A DNA stretch of 59,922 bases, the filler included. It is 5 parts of 5 records of this genome, joined end to end, with 100 filler letters (N's around TTAATTAATTAA, not from the genome) between each part and the next. Parts side by side here need not be neighbours in the genome. Positions count along the whole stretch, not along the records: positions 1 to 16,095 come from DRR723986_11162; 4 more parts are not named here. One strand, 5' to 3'. A program made the position numbers and the translations under genes. The stretch's first letter is position 1, and each line of letters begins with the position of its first letter. Below are positions 1 to 8,847 of the stretch, in pieces. The notes under the pieces were generated by a model, which did no database searches, was not told where the DNA came from, and was given only the letters and a program-made list of their open reading frames with translations.

Positions 1-1
1 G

Positions 2-748
2 GCCGCGGCGATGAACGGCATGGCGCTGCATGGCGGCATCCTGCCTTATTCCGGCACCTTCCTGGTGTTCGCGGACTATTCGCGCGGCGCGATCCGCCTC
101 GGCGCCCTGATGGGCACGCGCGTTGTGCATGTCATGACGCACGATTCCATCGGCCTCGGTGAAGACGGCCCTACGCACCAGCCGGTGGAGCATGTCGCTT
201 CCCTCCGCGCGATGCCGAACATGCTGGTCTTCCGTCCGGCCGACGGCGTGGAAACGGCCGAGTGCTGGGAACTGGCCATCGCCAATGAGACCGGCCCGTC
301 CACCATGGCGCTGACGCGTCAGGGCGTTGCCCCGTCCCGTACCACGCATACGGACGAAAACCTCTGCGCCAAAGGCGCTTATGTCCTGTCCGACTGCAAG
401 GGCAAGGCACAGGCAACGATCCTGGCGACGGGCTCTGAAGTCGAGATCGCGCTTGCGGCCCAGGCGCAGCTGGCCGAAGAAGGCATCGCGACGCGCGTCG
501 TGTCCTGTCCGTGCTTTGAACTCTTCGAGCAGCAGCACGGCAATTACAGGAAGTCCGTCCTCGGCACCGCGCCGCGCGTGGCCGTCGAAGCCGGCGTCCG
601 CTTCGGTTGGGATCGCTGGATCGGCGAGGATGGCGGCTTTGTCGGCATGGACAGCTTCGGCGCCTCAGCACCTTACACCGATCTCTACAAGAAGTTCGGC
701 ATCACACCGCAAGCGGTCGTCACCGAAGTGAAGAAGCGGATTGCCTGA
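2..748 (+). CDS. tkt: Transketolase, C-terminal part (5' end outside window)
   Basis: Motifs [16 protein letters not shown] and ATGSEV; frame is open from the window start. Confidence 0.97.
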   Translation, partial: AAAMNGMALHGGILPYSGTFLVFADYSRGAIRLGALMGTRVVHVMTHDSIGLGEDGPTHQPVEHVASLRAMPNMLVFRPADGVETAECWELAIANETGPSTMALTRQGVAPSRTTHTDENLCAKGAYVLSDCKGKAQATILATGSEVEIALAAQAQLAEEGIATRVVSCPCFELFEQQHGNYRKSVLGTAPRVAVEAGVRFGWDRWIGEDGGFVGMDSFGASAPYTDLYKKFGITPQAVVTEVKKRIA

Positions 749-754
749 ACAGCC

Positions 755-1888
755 TTAGCGGCCGGTATAATTCGCCCTCGGACGGATGAGCCGGCCGCTT
801 GACTGCTGCTCGATCGCATGCGCGATCCAGCCGGCCATGCGCCCGCTGGCGAAGATCAGGAAGGGCGCATCTTCCGGCAGGTCCAGCTGCACCGACAGCG
901 CTGCCAATGCCATGTCGACATTTGCCGCATAGCCGCTCGCGGCTTCAGCGGCCTTGATGGCGCGCTTCAGGGCAGAGGCCGGTTTCATCCAGCGGATCAA
1001 TGCGGCGGCGCGCGGGTCGCCTGCGGGGTAAAGCGCATGCCCCACTGCCGGGATACGCTCCCCCCGTGCCGCAATGCCGGAAAGCGCCGCTTGCGGCCCG
1101 TCCTCCATCGCTAGCTTCAGATAGGCGAGTGCCCGGGCGGATGCTTCGCCATGCAGCGGCCCGGTCAGTGTGGCACAGCCTGCCAGCGCACACGCGGCCA
1201 GCGGCGCCCCGGTGGAGGCGGCCACCCGCGCAGCGAAGGTTGACGGGTTCAGCTCATGGTCTGCCACCAACACCAGTGCGCGGCGCAAGAGGTCCGTTCC
1301 CCCGGGCGAGAGGCCCCAGTACCGGCCAAGCCGCTGGTGATAGAAGCCGCGTCCGCCGGTGCCGGTCACGGCTGAGCAGACGCCCGCCAGCAATTGCGCG
1401 CCATCTTCTGACAGTGCCGTACTGCCGCGTCCGAAACTTGGCGGATCCTGCGCCGACCGGCCCGCGAGAAAGGCCAGCAGGCGCGCCTTGCCGATCTCGC
1501 CCGGCGCCATATTCCCGGTGGCCGAGCGGCTGGGGGAGGGGGCGCTTGCCTGCCATAAAAGGGCTGCCGCTTCTTCCAGCGTAGCGTCCGCGGCGAGCCT
1601 CACGGCATCTTTACCGCGATAGATCAGCTTGCCGTCCCGCACCGTGGTGATTGCGGTTTCCATCACCGGGTCGCCCCAGGAAATGGCGGCGCTGGCGATG
1701 GCCTGCCGGCCGCGCCCGCTGCGCCGGCGTTTCACCAGGCCCGCAATATCTGCGGCGGAATAGACGCTTGCGCGCGGGTCGTTTTCGTCCGGCCGAGAGG
1801 CAATCAGCCCCCGGCTCACATAGGCGTACAGCGTCTGGGGTTTCACCCTCAGGGCATCGAGTGCGTCTTCGCGTCCAATCCAGCTCAT
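755..1888 (-). CDS. Citrate synthase-family protein with N-terminal MerR/excisionase-like HTH; probable regulator
   Basis: N-terminus EDALDALRVKPQTLYAYVSRGLI is HTH-like; C-terminal citrate-synthase motifs DHELNPSTF, GPLHGEA, GHALY, NVD. Confidence 0.85.
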   Translation of the reverse strand: MSWIGREDALDALRVKPQTLYAYVSRGLIASRPDENDPRASVYSAADIAGLVKRRRSGRGRQAIASAAISWGDPVMETAITTVRDGKLIYRGKDAVRLAADATLEEAAALLWQASAPSPSRSATGNMAPGEIGKARLLAFLAGRSAQDPPSFGRGSTALSEDGAQLLAGVCSAVTGTGGRGFYHQRLGRYWGLSPGGTDLLRRALVLVADHELNPSTFAARVAASTGAPLAACALAGCATLTGPLHGEASARALAYLKLAMEDGPQAALSGIAARGERIPAVGHALYPAGDPRAAALIRWMKPASALKRAIKAAEAASGYAANVDMALAALSVQLDLPEDAPFLIFASGRMAGWIAHAIEQQSSGRLIRPRANYTGR

Positions 1889-1890
1889 AT

Positions 1891-1915
1891 ATTGATTATA
1901 TTGATCAAGATTGAC
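1891..1915. promoter_or_regulatory. AT-rich ATTGAY direct repeats, putative operator between divergent citrate-synthase genes
   Basis: ATTGAT at 1891 and 1900, ATTGAC at 1910; includes palindrome TTGATCAA; abuts the start codon at 1888. Confidence 0.55.
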
Positions 1916-1968
1916 GACCGCCAGCCCCGGCGCGACATAAACGTCAGATTTGTAGAAGGAGATCTCTG

Positions 1969-3036
1969 ATGGATTCCGGATTGGAAAATGTCGTCGCCGC
2001 TGAAACCATCCTGTCGGATGTGGACGGTCAGAATGGCCGCCTCGTCATTCGCGGCTGGCCGGTAGAGCTGCTTGCCGCCTCGATGGCGTATGAAGATGTC
2101 GCCCACCTCCTGTGGCAAGACTTCTTCGAGGACCTGCCGGATGTGCCGGAACTGGGCGCCCGGCTTGGGGCGGCCCGCGTGGAAGCCTTCGACCTTATTG
2201 CGAAGATCCCGGACGGGTTCGACATCATCCGTTTCCTGCGCACTGGCTGGTCGCTGCTGGAAGACGACGAAAGCCTGGATTCCGCCATCCGCCTCGCCGC
2301 TGCCGGGCCGGTCTTCACCGCCGCTGCCGTGCGCCGCGAGCGCGGGCAGGCCCCGATTGCGCCGGATGCGGACCTGTCCCAATCGGCTGACTTCCTGAAG
2401 ATGATCACCGGTAAATTACCGGATGAGTCCGAGGCCCGCGCGCTCGACGCTTATCTGGTCACCGTCTGCGATCATGGCCTGAACGCCTCCACTTTTGCGG
2501 CGCGCGTCGTGGCCTCCACGCGGGCCGGGCTCGTCTCGGCGGCGATAGGCGGCATCTCTGCCCTGAAAGGCCCGTTGCATGGCGGCGCGCCGGGCCCCGT
2601 GCTGGACATGCTGGACGAGATCGGCATTCCGGAGAATGCTGAAAGCTGGATCGATGCCGCGCTCGCCCGGGGTGACCGGCTCATGGGCTTCGGTCACCGG
2701 GTCTACCGCGTACGCGATCCACGTGCAGATGCCCTGAAAGCCGCCGTCGCGCGCCTGCCGGGCACATCGGGCCGGATCGCCTTTGCCGATCACATCGAAA
2801 AGACCGTCCTCGGACGGCTGGCGAAGAAATATCCGAAACGGACGCTGGAGACGAATGTGGAATTCTCCACCGCGCTCCTGCTCGAAGCGCTCCAGATTCC
2901 GCGCGAAGCTTTCACGGCGACATTCGCGTGCGGCCGTATCCTCGGCTGGACGGCGCATGCCCGCGAACAGATCGCCGAAGGCCGCCTTGTGCGCCCCCGG
3001 TCGGTCTATACCGGCCCCGTGCCCGAAATGGCCTGA
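1969..3036 (+). CDS. Citrate synthase / methylcitrate synthase family enzyme
   Basis: GLENVVAAET, DHGLNASTF, GPLHGGA, MGFGHRVY; NVEF in place of the usual NVDF; RBS AAGGAG. Confidence 0.92.
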   Translation: MDSGLENVVAAETILSDVDGQNGRLVIRGWPVELLAASMAYEDVAHLLWQDFFEDLPDVPELGARLGAARVEAFDLIAKIPDGFDIIRFLRTGWSLLEDDESLDSAIRLAAAGPVFTAAAVRRERGQAPIAPDADLSQSADFLKMITGKLPDESEARALDAYLVTVCDHGLNASTFAARVVASTRAGLVSAAIGGISALKGPLHGGAPGPVLDMLDEIGIPENAESWIDAALARGDRLMGFGHRVYRVRDPRADALKAAVARLPGTSGRIAFADHIEKTVLGRLAKKYPKRTLETNVEFSTALLLEALQIPREAFTATFACGRILGWTAHAREQIAEGRLVRPRSVYTGPVPEMA

Positions 3037-3043
3037 TTGTGTA

Positions 3044-3076
3044 AGGTGGGGGAGAGGCGGCGGCCATCCCCCACCT
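3044..3076. terminator. GC-rich hairpin after the citrate synthase gene
   Basis: AGGTGGGGGA (3044-3053) pairs perfectly with TCCCCCACCT (3067-3076); no strong U-tract. Confidence 0.45.
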
Positions 3077-3269
3077 GAAACGCTCAAACTTCGAGGCAGG
3101 TCCGCTATGATCCAGATAAGTCCGGTATGGTCATGCATCGTCATGACATAGTCCGGCCTGGTCCGCTTGAGTATGTCCGTGGTCCGCCCTGGCCGGGCCA
3201 GGGGGGGCGGGGCAAAGCCTTGCCGACAGACCCATACGGGCGCAGACTTCCGGAAAACGGGAGGACACA

Positions 3270-3719
3270 ATGACCTATGAAACGGTCTACATGCTCATCA
3301 ATCTCAGTGTCATGCCGGCCTGGCTGCTGCTGGCTCTGGCGCCCGGCGCAGCCGTCACGCGGCTCGTCGTGCATTCGGGCCTCTATCCGCTCGTCCTCGG
3401 CATTTTCTATATCGTGACCCTGTCGATGACCCTGTTCCTCGGCATGGGCGCTGAAGGCGGCACATTCGCCACAGCCGCGGGCGTGTCGCAGCTGTTTTCT
3501 CATCCGCTGGGTATCCTCGTCGGCTGGTCACACTATCTGGTGTTCGACTTGTTCGTCGGGTCCTGGGAGGCGCGCGATGCCAGGCGCCGGGGCGTGCCAC
3601 ACTGGATGGTCGTGGCCAGCCTGTTCTTCACGCTGATGTTCGGCCCGGTCGGCTTGCTGCTTTACCTCATCCTGCGGCGCGTCAGCGGCAAGGGCGTCTG
3701 GAGTCTCGCCGAAGTCTAG
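3270..3719 (+). CDS. ABA4-like (DUF4281) membrane protein
   Basis: Hydrophobic; motifs WSHYLVFDLFVG and TLMFGPVGLLLY; RBS GGAGG. Confidence 0.85.
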   Translation: MTYETVYMLINLSVMPAWLLLALAPGAAVTRLVVHSGLYPLVLGIFYIVTLSMTLFLGMGAEGGTFATAAGVSQLFSHPLGILVGWSHYLVFDLFVGSWEARDARRRGVPHWMVVASLFFTLMFGPVGLLLYLILRRVSGKGVWSLAEV

Positions 3720-4177
3720 GCTTCGCCGTCCTGCTTGGCCTGCCGGAACAGGTCCAGCTGACGCGGATCGACATAGCGGCGGCGAGACGGTTTGGTACGC
3801 CCGCGCCGGAAGTAGAGATCGTCGGTATGGTCTGCCGGTTCTGCCTGCTTGGCCTCTGCCGTCGGAGCGGGCCTGGCTGGCTTTTCCTTCGCCTTGCCGG
3901 GCGCGGCCAGTTTCCACCAGGTGACGGCGACGACCGGATTACCCTTCTCGTCCTCGTAGCGCTGCAGATGGCCATGGGCGAGCGCATCGGACGGAGCGAA
4001 CATAGCCTCCGCAGCTTCGGCCGAAACGGTCAGCCAGTCGGTCGCCAGCTCCGTTACCTTGAGGTCGCCATCCAGCTTCGCGGCCAGTGCTTCGGCTTCG
4101 GCCAGCGTGCGCGCAGCGGGGGCCACCTTGGACAAGGCGGCGTCGAGGGTTTTCCCGAGGGGATAGGCATGGCTCAT
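3716..4177 (-). CDS. Hypothetical protein
   Basis: 153-aa ORF with host-like codon usage; 4-bp overlap with upstream mmcB; ends DPRQLDLF. Confidence 0.65.
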   Translation of the reverse strand: MSHAYPLGKTLDAALSKVAPAARTLAEAEALAAKLDGDLKVTELATDWLTVSAEAAEAMFAPSDALAHGHLQRYEDEKGNPVVAVTWWKLAAPGKAKEKPARPAPTAEAKQAEPADHTDDLYFRRGRTKPSRRRYVDPRQLDLFRQAKQDGEA

Positions 4178-4692
4178 AGGCCGCTGGAAGTAAGCGCTGC
4201 TTCGCTCGCCGTCCAGCCTGCATCCGCCGCTGCAGAAAGCCGCATCGCTGCGAGGCGGGCGAGGCGAAGGGTTACGGCCTTGCGCCGGGCAGGGGAGAGC
4301 TTCTCGGCCGGGGCCTCCCGGATCACTGCCGCGCCAAAGGCATCGGCCACGATCACGCCGGCGTCTTCCGGGATCAGCTCCTGCGGAAAGTCATGGTCGA
4401 CGGCAAACCAGAACCGGTCGCAGAAGGGAATATATTCCGGCCATTTGCCATCCGACTGGAAATCCGGCACGCCGGACTTGATCTCCACGATCCAGATCTC
4501 GCCGCCGGAGCCGACGGCGGCAATGTCCGCACGGCGGTTGTTGGCAAGGGTCATTTCCTGAATGCCGCAAAGGCCGAGGTCCGCCAGCAGGCGCAGTGTG
4601 CCGCGGGCAATCGCGGCGGCGCGGGCGAGGTCTTCGGTTGTGTCTGCGCCATCGGGCATGCGAGTCATGTTCCGGTATTGTTCTGCCCACAC
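4174..4692 (-). CDS. mmcB: MmcB-family DNA repair protein (DUF2052, PD-(D/E)xK nuclease fold)
   Basis: Motifs RRADI, IWIVEIKS, DGKWPEY, CDRFWFAV; start codon uncertain. Confidence 0.85.
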   Translation of the reverse strand: MWAEQYRNMTRMPDGADTTEDLARAAAIARGTLRLLADLGLCGIQEMTLANNRRADIAAVGSGGEIWIVEIKSGVPDFQSDGKWPEYIPFCDRFWFAVDHDFPQELIPEDAGVIVADAFGAAVIREAPAEKLSPARRKAVTLRLARLAAMRLSAAADAGWTASEAALTSSGL

Positions 4693-4851
4693 TAGTCCCG
4701 CCCAGGCGGAGGGGTCAAGCCGGTCTGGCTATGCAGGATGTGGCGCCTGTTCCCTTGCATACCGGGAACGTCCTGCCATGCTGGGCGACTGCGGCCAGCC
4801 ATCAAACCGGGTTCAACCACCCGGCCAATTGCCTTATAGATCGATCACGAC

Positions 4852-4928
4852 GGTCCCGTAGCTCAGCAGGATAGAGCAACAGATTCCTAATCTGTAGGTC
4901 GTGAGTTCGAATCTCGCCGGGATCGCCA
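4852..4928 (+). tRNA. tRNA-Arg (anticodon CCT)
   Basis: 77-nt cloverleaf GGTCCCG...CGGGATCGCCA; anticodon arm ACAGA-TTCCTAA-TCTGT; T-loop GTTCGAATC; encoded CCA. Confidence 0.97.
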
Positions 4929-5143
4929 AATGTAGATATGTACAATTCATCGGAAGTAACATCACTGGTCCACCGTGAACACGCTCATGGGCTGGCGAAT
5001 TCGACAAGAGCGAGAACTGTGGGACTGAACTGGTATCAACCTGTTGTGGATCGCGCCTGTCAGATCGTCGGTACAACTCTGACGCTCCCGCCCTTATGGA
5101 CCGAACTAAACTTAGCTCAAAAGCCGAACGACTGAGCTGTGAT

Positions 5144-5165
5144 TGAACCGCCCCGGGTTTGCCCG
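5144..5165 (+). mobile_element. Orphan IS3-family (IS51 group) terminal inverted repeat
   Basis: TGAACCGCCCCGGGTTTGCCCG resembles IS629/IS6110-type ends (TGAACCGCCCCGG...); no transposase follows. Confidence 0.6.
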
Positions 5166-5177
5166 TGTGGGAGCTTC

Positions 5178-5408
5178 TTATTTCTTTCGCAATCTGACGC
5201 CGGGCGCTTCTCCATTTGTGAACTCCACACCGGCATCGGCAAATGCGATTGTTATTGCGTTCAGCGTGGAAACTCTTGTGGCGGCTAGGGTATCTGGCAT
5301 GCTTTCCAGGCGCTTGATGGTTTCAACGGACAGATCGGCCCTGAGGGCAAGCTCGGATTGGCTCCAGTCAAGCATTGCTCGGGCAGCTCGTAATTGCGCA
5401 GAAGTCAT
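5178..5408 (-). CDS. XRE-family HTH transcriptional regulator
   Basis: MTSAQLRAARAMLDWSQSELA...ETIKRLE...AGVEF...PGVRL; start trimmed to ATG at 5408. Confidence 0.88.
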   Translation of the reverse strand: MTSAQLRAARAMLDWSQSELALRADLSVETIKRLESMPDTLAATRVSTLNAITIAFADAGVEFTNGEAPGVRLRKK

Positions 5409-5569
5409 AATTGCACTTTTTATGTATTTAATTCCACTTTTAGGTTGACACTCTCCGGGTATTTTATTATCCAGAAAGTGCAATTTCATTGGTAACAGAT
5501 ACCGGACGGGCAGACTACCTTCTGCACGATCCGCGACCGATGACACCTGCGCTGATCGAGGAGTAAGCT

Positions 5570-5869
5570 ATGGGAAAGAAGCCCCGGGAAAACTCGATCG
5601 ATAAACCCGAGACCATCAAAACGCTTGGGGACGTGAGCTCGGACGCAGAACGTGCCCTCACAGACTTGGGTGGCGCGCTGACAGCGGTAAGAGCAATTGT
5701 CGACCTGACACTTGTCGATGGGGGCGCCAGGGAAGGGCCTGTTCTCCATAAAAGGCTTAATGCCCTCGATTTCTTGCTGCGGCAGGCGGGCTGCGCAGAG
5801 GGCATCCTCTGGGTGACCGTGGACCAAATGAGCACGGCACTCGATGAGCACGCACCAGCGCCTTTTTGA
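5570..5869 (+). CDS. Hypothetical protein
   Basis: 99-aa ORF with strong RBS GAGGAG; divergent from the XRE gene across an AT-rich spacer containing TTGACA. Confidence 0.55.
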   Translation: MGKKPRENSIDKPETIKTLGDVSSDAERALTDLGGALTAVRAIVDLTLVDGGAREGPVLHKRLNALDFLLRQAGCAEGILWVTVDQMSTALDEHAPAPF

Positions 5870-6213
5870 GGTTGAGCGCGGCAAATGCCCAAAGTGGTTA
5901 CTCCGTAGCTTAGTACTTGGAACGATGCATACTCATCTCTAACAAATGCGAGCATCGCTTCGGGCGATGGGGCAATGGTGTTCTCGAAGCATTTCCGCCA
6001 CGTTGCGGGCTCACGATTCAAGGTTGAACCTCTTCGCAAAGCGGATTTTGATGCGATCAATCCAGATCGTTGCGAAAGGCGACCAAGATCAGACAGAAAA
6101 GACTGCCCTCTCGTGCCGCCTCGCTGATCGAGTCGCTCAGGGATCTCGGATACGTGACGATGATCCCCGAAATGAATGAGGGACGCTAGGGGGCTAGGTC
6201 GTGGAAAGCAGTT

Positions 6214-7479
6214 TCATGACGATGAATATTCTTCGACGTCTTCGCTGCGGATGAGTGTTTCCGGTCCGGGGCGCCGGCGAAAAATTGATTTGGCAATGCC
6301 TTCAATCCGACTACGATTCCTGCGCGCGGCAGACAGCATGTCTGAGCTGCTCCAACTCCTGGCGGAAAAATGATCTTCCAGCGCTTCGGCACTGATCGAG
6401 CAAACCTGCACACCCTGTAAAGCGCGACCCTCGAAAGAGACGACATCGCGTCTGGGCTCGTGCCGAAGTTCAGGCGCGTTGAAAGTCAGCGCAAGGGCCT
6501 GATCAATTGCTGTGCGCCAGTTCGGGCCTTCAGAATCTGCCTCTTCCAAAGCGTCATACAAGGCTTGAGGTCGCACTTCTGCCTGGGCGTGAATAAGCGC
6601 GCGCGCCTGAGCCAGATCCTTGTTCGCCTTCGCTGCGCCCGGACGCCGCTTTTGCGAGACAATGAGTTTGTGAACGGCAAACCGTTCAGGAGATGGGATC
6701 TGGACGAGCAGGCCCTCCATGTAGAGAGCGACCGCCGGGACAGGATCTCGCAGCAGGAAGTTGAGATAGTGGAGGCGCTGAGCCCAGATACCCATCGAAT
6801 CCAAACGAGCGGGTGTCACATCATCGGAAAAGGCCGGCGTCAGAAAATCAACGGAATAAGATCCGTCCGGCAGCGTCCAGCTCGTCGGCTTTTTAGGATC
6901 GAGGGCGTTGCGGGGTGAGAAGCCGAGGGCCTTCAATGTTTCGGCAACGTCAGGGTCTGCAACATCTTCGATCGCGACTGACAGCTTTTCAAAGCTTGCG
7001 ATATCAAGGTCTTCTGTTTGAGCGAGCCAACCAGGGTCTGCGGATTGAGACATCAGATCCATTCCCAGTATGGCTGGGTAGCAGCGAAAGGCATGGGTGC
7101 CGACCAAGGTGCCCCCCAGTCGGAAGACGCCGGATGCGCTGAGCGCCCGAAGGATTGACCCTGTCTGACGATCTAGCGTAGGCAATCCCGCTGCCCGCAA
7201 TTGTGCAACCTGTCTTGACGCGTTGGCTTTGAAATCTGCCTGATCACTGGAACTCGCGCGCCAGTCTTCTATGCGCGCGCGCAAACTGTCTGAATCTGGG
7301 CCAAGATAGCGTTGCCGGGGAGGTGCTCCCGGCGCAACACGCTGATTGACATACCAATATGTCTTCCCGCTTCGTTCCCGGGTAAAGGGGGCACCCGAGA
7401 AGTCAAAGGCCGGCCGGTTCAGGTGTGACTGGACCAGGTTCGCATAGGTTGACTGAACTGTGGCCGGATAGAGGAGCAT
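6214..7479 (-). CDS. GSU2403-family nucleotidyltransferase-fold protein with C-terminal DUF1488-like domain
   Basis: GGTLVGTHAF, TEDLDIA (DxD), VDFLTP, PERFAVHKLIVS; extra tail VSFEG...CSISAEALEDHF...RSRIEGIA resembles DUF1488. Confidence 0.8.
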   Translation of the reverse strand: MLLYPATVQSTYANLVQSHLNRPAFDFSGAPFTRERSGKTYWYVNQRVAPGAPPRQRYLGPDSDSLRARIEDWRASSSDQADFKANASRQVAQLRAAGLPTLDRQTGSILRALSASGVFRLGGTLVGTHAFRCYPAILGMDLMSQSADPGWLAQTEDLDIASFEKLSVAIEDVADPDVAETLKALGFSPRNALDPKKPTSWTLPDGSYSVDFLTPAFSDDVTPARLDSMGIWAQRLHYLNFLLRDPVPAVALYMEGLLVQIPSPERFAVHKLIVSQKRRPGAAKANKDLAQARALIHAQAEVRPQALYDALEEADSEGPNWRTAIDQALALTFNAPELRHEPRRDVVSFEGRALQGVQVCSISAEALEDHFSARSWSSSDMLSAARRNRSRIEGIAKSIFRRRPGPETLIRSEDVEEYSSS

Positions 7480-7484
7480 TTCTG

Positions 7485-7513
7485 TGCACTACATGAATAA
7501 TTCGTGTAGTGCA
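7485..7513. promoter_or_regulatory. 29-bp near-perfect palindrome just upstream of the nucleotidyltransferase start; putative operator
   Basis: TGCACTACATGAAT-A-ATTCGTGTAGTGCA, 13 of 14 positions complementary. Confidence 0.55.
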
Positions 7514-7623
7514 ACACGCAACAACATGCTCTACGCGCGTCTAGGCTACCGCCTTGAATTAAGTCAAATCGTCGGCGTCGTCGCTGAGAGTTCGACTGCC
7601 GGCAAGTCTGTTGCGAGTCTTCC

Positions 7624-7830
7624 AGACAACCGGACTATCGCATCTTCGCCGGCGAGATCCGGACCGAGATTGGCGGCGGCTGGATCGTCAAGGCAAAGTC
7701 TAGCGGCAGACAATACGTCTCCCTGACACTTGCCGATCCGAACATCGGACCCCGCACGGTCTATGCGAACCTTGCGCCCGTGAAGGGCAAGACAGGCCGC
7801 CACATGATCCTCTGGAATCCGAAGGAATGA
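7624..7830 (+). pseudogene. DUF736-family fragment, 5'-truncated
   Basis: Manual translation RQPDYRIFAGEIRTEIGGGW...YVSLTLADP...YANL...ILWNPKE*; in-frame stop at 7585-7587 and no start codon. Confidence 0.75.
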
Positions 7831-7984
7831 TCGTAGCGGTGACAGCACCTGCAGGTACCGTCACCTTTCGTTTGATTGTTTTAAGCGGTCGCCCGCACGC
7901 ATCGCCGAAAGAGCCGCATTGAGCAGGGTGAGTCACCTTCACGAGGTTATGTTCTGCAAACGCTCGTGGCGGCGAGCGTCACGG

Positions 7985-8383
7985 TACTATGAGTTGCTGC
8001 AATCAGTTCGCGAGACCGGGAATTGGGAGGATTGGATTGAGTTCTTCCTGCAGGGCGTCATAGAGACATCCCGGCAAGCAACCGATGCAGCGCAAGCGAT
8101 CGTCAAACTCTTCAAGGACGACCGCGTCACGATCGAAAAAAGCGGCCGGTCGACGGCCTCAGCTTTGTCCATCCAAGCGCTTCTACAAAATCGGCCAATC
8201 GCGACATCGAAGCGCGTGACAGAAGCGACGGGCATGTCCCTTCCGACAGCCCTCAGGAACCTTGCGTTGCTGGAGGAACTGGGCATCGTTCGGGAAATCA
8301 CCGGCAAGGATCGCAACAAGATTTTCGTCTACGGGAAGTTTCTGGATATCCTGAGTCAGGGCACAGAGCCTCTGCGGCGTTAG
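7985..8383 (+). pseudogene. Fic-family protein C-terminal fragment
   Basis: YYELLQSVRETGNWEDWIEFFL...LGIVREITGKDRNKIFVY; the catalytic HPFxDGNGR region is absent. Confidence 0.75.
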
Positions 8384-8424
8384 AAGGAAAGAAGGGAGGG
8401 GGTGGGGATCGCAGACTTTCTTTG

Positions 8425-8847
8425 TCAGCGCGCGAACAGTTGTGAAAGATCCTGAAAAGCTTTCATCTCTATCGCGTTTCCGGAAGGATCACGGAAGAAC
8501 ATAGTGGCCTGTTCGCCAGCCTGTCCCTTGAAGCGGACATAGGGTTCGATGACGAAGTCGGTGCCAGCTGCGGTGAGCTTGTCGGCCAGTTCCTGCCAGT
8601 CGGACATTTCCAGCACGACGCCGAAATGCGGCACCGGTACATCATGGCCATCGACGCTGTTACCCGGATCGCCCGTCTTGGCGGAGTCCGGAACCAGATG
8701 GGTGACGATCTGGTGGCCGAAGAAATCGAAGTCGATCCATTCCGGCGCGCTGCGTCCTTCCGGGCATCCCAGCAGGTCGCCGTAGAACCCCCGCGCGGCG
8801 TCCAGATCGTGTACGGGAAACGCCAAATGAAATGGTCGAAGCGACAT
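8425..8847 (-). CDS. VOC/glyoxalase-family protein
   Basis: [37 protein letters not shown]. Confidence 0.9.
   Translation of the reverse strand: MSLRPFHLAFPVHDLDAARGFYGDLLGCPEGRSAPEWIDFDFFGHQIVTHLVPDSAKTGDPGNSVDGHDVPVPHFGVVLEMSDWQELADKLTAAGTDFVIEPYVRFKGQAGEQATMFFRDPSGNAIEMKAFQDLSQLFAR

Larger units (their letters stand above)
4929..8400. mobile_element. Decayed genomic island downstream of tRNA-Arg
   Basis: Visibly lower GC than the flanks; contains IS end, XRE HTH, nucleotidyltransferase, truncated DUF736 and Fic genes; no intact integrase seen; right boundary approximate. Confidence 0.65.

Noticed and set aside
4938-5135. Possible recombinase C-terminal remnant (LPPLWTE) next to the tRNA
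   Set aside because: Resemblance covers only a few residues; not supportable without a search.
5515-6060. 181-aa minus-strand ORF in the island
   Set aside because: Overlaps the better-supported 5570-5869 ORF, which has a clear RBS, and shows no motifs.
8404-8413. GGGGATCGCA as an attR copy of the tRNA-Arg 3' end
   Set aside because: Only about 8 nt match; too short to distinguish from chance, although it lies near the island edge.
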